A stretch of 10,584 nucleotides of DNA from NCBI GenBank assembly GCA_034723415.1, contig JAYEOX010000136.1:1-10584 (forward strand), read 5' to 3'. This DNA is from Fidelibacterota bacterium (lineage in GTDB: Bacteria > Fidelibacterota > Fidelibacteria > Fidelibacterales > Fidelibacteraceae). Below, piece after piece: positions 6,476 through 10,584 of this stretch. The stretch's first letter is position 1. Every line of letters begins with the position of its first letter. The position numbers and the translations under genes are program-made. The notes under the pieces were generated by a model. That model worked only from the letters and a program-made list of their open reading frames with translations, searched no databases and was not told the origin of the DNA.

Positions 6476-7062
6476 AGCGAGCATTAATTCCAAATATAAT
6501 TACACTTTTTAGAATTATTTTAACTCCATTATTTTTATTTTTTCTATTAGTGGATAAGCCATACTATATGTTATTTGCGTTAATTGTATTTATTGTTGCC
6601 TCGGTTTCAGATGGTGTTGATGGGCATGTTGCCCGAAAGTATGGTTTTGTTAGCGAATTTGGTAAATTTGTAGATCCGCTTGCTGATAAAATATTAATTA
6701 TTTCCACTTTCATCGCTTTAATATTTTTAGACATTATTCCTTGTTGGATGGTGTTTATTGTTATTTTTCGCGATATTGCAGTTACTGTAATTAGAATGAT
6801 CATGATAAAACGAGGTGATAGTGTTGTTACAAGCAATATTGCAAAATCAAAAACTGTATTCCAAATTGTTTTTATCTATATTGTAATCTCCTTTAAAATG
6901 ATATTACAGCTACCTTTTATGAATTTTATGCATCCGGCAATCAATTTTTTGGAAAGCAACAATTTTTATTGGATCTTAATGCTAATAACAACAATTTTCA
7001 CTTTATATACAGGCGTATTATATTTGTTGAATAATAAAGTTATTTTTAAAAAAAGTAAATAA
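6472..7062 (+). CDS. pgsA: CDP-diacylglycerol--glycerol-3-phosphate 3-phosphatidyltransferase
   Basis: IPNIITLFRI and CDP-alcohol phosphotransferase signature DGVDGHVARK..VSEFGKFVDPLADK. ATGA overlap with the recR stop. pgpA/cinA context. Confidence 0.93.
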   Translation: MKRALIPNIITLFRIILTPLFLFFLLVDKPYYMLFALIVFIVASVSDGVDGHVARKYGFVSEFGKFVDPLADKILIISTFIALIFLDIIPCWMVFIVIFRDIAVTVIRMIMIKRGDSVVTSNIAKSKTVFQIVFIYIVISFKMILQLPFMNFMHPAINFLESNNFYWILMLITTIFTLYTGVLYLLNNKVIFKKSK

Positions 7063-7135
7063 ATTATTGTGAGCTGACAAAAAAACAGAATTTACACAAG
7101 ATTTTACTAATAAATAAGAACACAAAGGGAAAATT

Positions 7136-7630
7136 TTGAAAAAACAAAACACTTTTTTGAATAAATCAAAATTAGAGGTCAGTCGTTTTTTTACGACTTT
7201 TTTCTATGTCGGTTATTTTCCAAAAGCTCCCGGGACATTTGCAAGTATATTAGCAGCAGTATTGATCTTTGTTTTACCGAATATTTCAACTTGGTTGCAG
7301 GGAATAATAATAATTCTTTTGTTAATAATCGGAAAGTTTACGAGCGCATATTTAGAAAAAACATTGAATATTGAAGATCCGGGATACATAGTTATTGATG
7401 AAGTGCTTGGAATGTGGATCGCGGTTTTTGCTTTACCAAGATTAGTTAGTGTTATCATTATTGGATTTGTTCTCTTTAGAATTTTTGATATTTGGAAACC
7501 TTGGGTAATTGATGACATTCAAAGTGTAAAAAATGGTTGGGGAGTTATGTTAGATGACTTACTTGCTGGTTCTTTTGCTCTACTAATAAATTACATAATT
7601 CATAAAATATATTTTCTATACTTTATTTAA
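7136..7630 (+). CDS. pgpA: Phosphatidylglycerophosphatase A
   Basis: GYFPKAPGTFAS, DPGYIVIDEVLG, LFRIFDIWKP, GWGVMLDDLLAG. TTG start with AAGGGA at 7125-7130; the exact start is less certain than the gene call. Confidence 0.93.
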   Translation: MKKQNTFLNKSKLEVSRFFTTFFYVGYFPKAPGTFASILAAVLIFVLPNISTWLQGIIIILLLIIGKFTSAYLEKTLNIEDPGYIVIDEVLGMWIAVFALPRLVSVIIIGFVLFRIFDIWKPWVIDDIQSVKNGWGVMLDDLLAGSFALLINYIIHKIYFLYFI

Positions 7631-7642
7631 TAGGAGAATAAT

Positions 7643-8881
7643 ATGGGGAAAAGTGCGGAAATTATTGCAATTGGCGATGAGGTTCTTGCTGGTCATACAT
7701 TGGATACAAATTCACATTGGATTAGTAATGAGCTTCGTAGAATCGGAATAAAAACAACTTCTCATCACACAATAGCCGACGAAGAAAAAAGTATTGTTTG
7801 TACTTTGGATAATATCCAAAAAAATACGGATTTCATTTTTATTACAGGTGGATTAGGGCCAACAAGAGATGATATAACAAAAAGAGTAATTACAAAATAC
7901 TTTGATGGGAAATTGATATTTCATAAGGAGATATTAGACGAACTGAAAGAATATTTTGCAAAAATAAAAAAGAAATTTCCTAATACAATTGACAATATGT
8001 TATACTATCCTGATAATGCAGAATTGCTTGACAATAAAAAAGGAAATGCAAAAGGAATGCTTTTTGAAAAGGAAAATCAAAAATATTTTGTGATGCCGGG
8101 AGTTCCTCACGAGATGAAATTCATTATGGAAAATCAGATTTTGCCAAAATTAAAAAAGAATACAAAAATAACATATCAAGAATTTACAATAATTACAACA
8201 GGAATTTGTGAAGCGGATTTAATAGAAAAAATTGAGTTTATTTTTGAAAAATACCCATCAGTTATTTTATCATATTATCCATCAATTGAAGGTGTGAAAA
8301 TTAGAATTGGGCAAAATATAAAAAATGGAAATAGCGACTTACTGGAATGCAAAAAGAAACTATTATCGGTTTTGGGGAATTTAGTATATTCAGAAAAAAA
8401 AGAAGATATCACAGAGATAATTGCAAATTTATTACTCGAAAAAAAATTAACACTTTCGATAGCCGAATCTTGTACAGGCGGTTTAATTTCTCATAGGATC
8501 ACTCAAAATTCCGGTTCATCAAAATATTTCAAAGAAGGAATTGTTGTTTACAGTAATGAAGCAAAAATGAAATATTTAGATGTAAAAAAAGAGACATTAG
8601 AAAAATTTGGAGCAGTATCAAAAGAGACAGTTTTAGAGATGGTAAGTGGAATGAGAAAAGTTTCAGGAACAGATATTGCAATTGCCATTACTGGAATTGC
8701 CGGACCAACAGGTGGAACAGAAACAAAACCCGTAGGATTAGTTTGGATTGGAATATCTACAAAGAATAAAACTTATGCAAAAAAAATAATATTTGATAAG
8801 GGAAGAGAATTGAATAAAAAATATTCAGCACAACGAGCATTGGATATTTTGAGGTTGGAGTTGTTATCAATGGAGAATTGA
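7643..8881 (+). CDS. cinA: Competence/damage-inducible protein CinA (MoCF-like domain plus PncC NMN deamidase domain)
   Basis: IAIGDEVLAG..DTNS, TGGLGPTRDDIT, MPGVPHEM; C-terminal AESCTGG, GAVS, TGIAGPTGG..KPVG. SD AGGAG at 7632-7636. Confidence 0.96.
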   Translation: MGKSAEIIAIGDEVLAGHTLDTNSHWISNELRRIGIKTTSHHTIADEEKSIVCTLDNIQKNTDFIFITGGLGPTRDDITKRVITKYFDGKLIFHKEILDELKEYFAKIKKKFPNTIDNMLYYPDNAELLDNKKGNAKGMLFEKENQKYFVMPGVPHEMKFIMENQILPKLKKNTKITYQEFTIITTGICEADLIEKIEFIFEKYPSVILSYYPSIEGVKIRIGQNIKNGNSDLLECKKKLLSVLGNLVYSEKKEDITEIIANLLLEKKLTLSIAESCTGGLISHRITQNSGSSKYFKEGIVVYSNEAKMKYLDVKKETLEKFGAVSKETVLEMVSGMRKVSGTDIAIAITGIAGPTGGTETKPVGLVWIGISTKNKTYAKKIIFDKGRELNKKYSAQRALDILRLELLSMEN

Positions 8882-8896
8882 TAGTTGAGAATTGAA
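8869..8896 (+). repeat. 7-bp tandem array x4 overlapping the cinA stop codon
   Basis: AATGGAG AATTGAT AGTTGAG AATTGAA. Confidence 0.65.
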
Positions 8897-8904
8897 ATAA
8901 TTTG

Positions 8905-8936
8905 CCACGAAAAACGCGAAAAAAAGACACGAAAAA
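8905..8936 (+). repeat. CRCGAAAAA triplet
   Basis: C CACGAAAAA CGCGAAAAAAA GA CACGAAAAA. Confidence 0.65.
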
Positions 8937-8967
8937 TATATGAAAACAAACAATAAAATAATTTGAG

Positions 8968-9015
8968 TAATAATTATTAACACTTGCTATTAATAAAAAA
9001 ATATAATATATTAAG
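8968..9015 (+). promoter_or_regulatory. Candidate toxin-antitoxin promoter/operator region
   Basis: TATAAT at 9004-9009, ending 6 nt before the toxin ATG. TTGCTA at 8984-8989 (14 bp to TATAAT, 16 bp to TAATAT at 9006-9011). Perfect palindrome TAATAATTATTA at 8968-8979. Very AT-rich, so weak evidence. Confidence 0.35.
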
Positions 9016-9345
9016 ATGAAAATAATATTTAAAACAAAAAAACTTGAAAAAATATTGAACAGTGAGAGATTAATTAAAAAACATTATGGAAAAAATGCCA
9101 AAAAAATTATGATGCGATTATCGGAAATAAATGCTGTTGAAAATTTAGAAAATTTGATGACTCTCCCTGGCAGATTTCACAATCTAAAGGGTGAAAGAAA
9201 AAATACTTTTGCTTGTGATTTAAAACATCCTTTCCGATTGATATTTGAACCAAGTAACGACCCAATCCCAACCGATGATAATAATAAAATAATATATTCA
9301 AAAATCACTGAAATAAAAATATTGGAAATAAAGGACTATCATTAA
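9016..9345 (+). CDS. Type II toxin, HigB-like (RelE/ParE superfamily)
   Basis: 109 aa, basic. MKIIF..KKLEK, RL..INA..LE, RFHNLKGERKNTFACDLKHPFRLIF and terminal I.DYH are typical of HigB-type toxins. Toxin-first gene order. Confidence 0.85.
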   Translation: MKIIFKTKKLEKILNSERLIKKHYGKNAKKIMMRLSEINAVENLENLMTLPGRFHNLKGERKNTFACDLKHPFRLIFEPSNDPIPTDDNNKIIYSKITEIKILEIKDYH

Positions 9346-9357
9346 AAGGAAGAAATA

Positions 9358-10482
9358 ATGACTACAAATAATACATTTAACCCCGACTATGCAATACATC
9401 CCGGTAAAATTCTAAATGAAAAATTAGAAGAAATTAACATGACCTCAAAAGAATTTGCGATACGAACAGGAAAACCAATAAAAACTATTTCGGAAGTTAT
9501 AAATTGCAGAAGTTCAATTACTCCTGAAATGTCAGTGCAGTTCGAAAAGGTCTTGAAAATTCCCGCAAATTTTTGGTTAAATAGTCAAGCAAATTATAAC
9601 GAAATAATTGCCAAAATAAAACGGCATAAAGATATTCAAGAAGCAGAAAGTTGGACGAGAAATTTTCCATATAGAAAAATGGCGGAATTCGGTTGGGTTA
9701 AAAAAACGAGAAAAATTAATGAGAAAACTGAAGAATTATTTAATTTTTTCAATATCTCAAAAGCAAGTTCATGGAAAAAAATTTATTTAAATGGAGAATT
9801 GCCAATATATTTTAGAATTTCATTAAAGAGTAAAAAAAATCCATACTCATTATCAGCTTGGTTAGCAAAAGGTGATGAAATTGCAAAAAATATAAATATA
9901 GTAAAGTATAATAAAACCAAATTAAAATCTATATTACCTGATTTGAAAAAAACAATGTTAGCAAATTCAAAAGATCTATTTAGCAAAATACAATCAATTT
10001 GTAGTAATGCAGGAGTTAAAATTATTTTTACACCACTTTTACCGCAGACAGGAATTAATGGAGCAGTTAGATGGATAGGAGAAAATCCAATAATTCAAAT
10101 ATCAGATAGATATAAAAGATATGATATATTTTGGTTTTCGCTTTTTCATGAAATTGGTCATATAATTTTGCATGGTAATAAAAAAAATATTTTTCTTGAA
10201 AATGCTAAAAATATTGATACAAATAATATAAAAGAAAAAGAAGCAAATGAATTTGCCAAAAAACATTTATTAAATGACAAGCAATACAACGAGTTTACCA
10301 AACAAATAAAGAATAAAACAAAAATTTTAGAAAAAATTGATTACTTTGCAAATAAATTTAATACTCATAGAGACATACTTATTGGACGATTATTATATGA
10401 AAAAAAGAACTCTTATTACTTTTTACGAAAACAAATAAATAAAATAAATTTTAAAAACTTTACTAATTATGAAACAAATTAG
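9358..10482 (+). CDS. HigA-family HTH antitoxin fused to an ImmA/IrrE-type zinc metallopeptidase domain
   Basis: N-terminal HPGKIL.E.LEE..MTSKEFA.RTG...ISEVIN....ITPEM...FWLNSQ..Y (HigA/XRE HTH). C-terminal FWFSLFHEIGH (HExxH, 10147-10161) followed by EKEANEFA. SD AAGGA at 9346-9350. Confidence 0.9.
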   Translation: MTTNNTFNPDYAIHPGKILNEKLEEINMTSKEFAIRTGKPIKTISEVINCRSSITPEMSVQFEKVLKIPANFWLNSQANYNEIIAKIKRHKDIQEAESWTRNFPYRKMAEFGWVKKTRKINEKTEELFNFFNISKASSWKKIYLNGELPIYFRISLKSKKNPYSLSAWLAKGDEIAKNINIVKYNKTKLKSILPDLKKTMLANSKDLFSKIQSICSNAGVKIIFTPLLPQTGINGAVRWIGENPIIQISDRYKRYDIFWFSLFHEIGHIILHGNKKNIFLENAKNIDTNNIKEKEANEFAKKHLLNDKQYNEFTKQIKNKTKILEKIDYFANKFNTHRDILIGRLLYEKKNSYYFLRKQINKINFKNFTNYETN

Positions 10483-10584
10483 AACATTTTTTGCAATTCC
10501 ATTGCCGGATCAGATCAAATTTGAAATGTCTCGAATACAAAAATATTTCTCTAAATATGATGCGCCGATAAAATGGATAAATCC
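10469..10584 (+). CDS. thpR: RNA 2',3'-cyclic phosphodiesterase (2H phosphoesterase, ThpR/LigT), 5' fragment truncated by the window end
   Basis: Manual translation from ATG 10469 gives MKQIRTFFAIPLPDQIKFEMSRIQKYFSKYDAPIKWIN(P), open to the window end. It matches the R.F.A+PLP...+KW+.P N-terminus of ThpR, which commonly follows cinA. The catalytic HxT motifs would lie beyond the window. Confidence 0.75.
   Translation, partial: MKQIRTFFAIPLPDQIKFEMSRIQKYFSKYDAPIKWIN

Noticed and set aside
5487..9986. Minus-strand ORFs 5487-5705, 6564-6836, 7213-7518, 9107-9301 and 9783-9986
   Set aside because: Antisense shadows of ybaB, pgsA, pgpA, toxin and antitoxin; short and without recognisable features.
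8882..10482. IS, transposon or att-site-bounded island around the TA pair
   Set aside because: No transposase or integrase, no terminal inverted repeats, and no convincing target duplication. TGAAATAATT near 8893 versus TGAAACAAATT near 10470 is too weak at this AT content.

Overview
AT-rich bacterial chromosomal window with all credible genes on the + strand. (1) An RND efflux pair (lipoprotein membrane-fusion protein plus AcrB-family transporter) followed by a GNAT acetyltransferase. (2) A ~690-bp non-coding spacer (4842-5532) built as a mosaic of degenerate 7- and 8-bp tandem arrays, duplicated mini-palindromes and nested inverted repeats. (3) A housekeeping run ybaB/ebfC-recR-pgsA-pgpA-cinA. 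(4) A HigB-like toxin plus a HigA-HTH/ImmA-IrrE metallopeptidase fusion antitoxin, lying between cinA and a truncated thpR-like gene that the ORF track missed. The same kind of short-period repeat recurs at the cinA/toxin junction. The most interesting signal is this repeat grammar marking gene-order breakpoints, possibly the footprint of an uncharacterised insertion or cassette system. That reading is inference; no database searches or computations were run.
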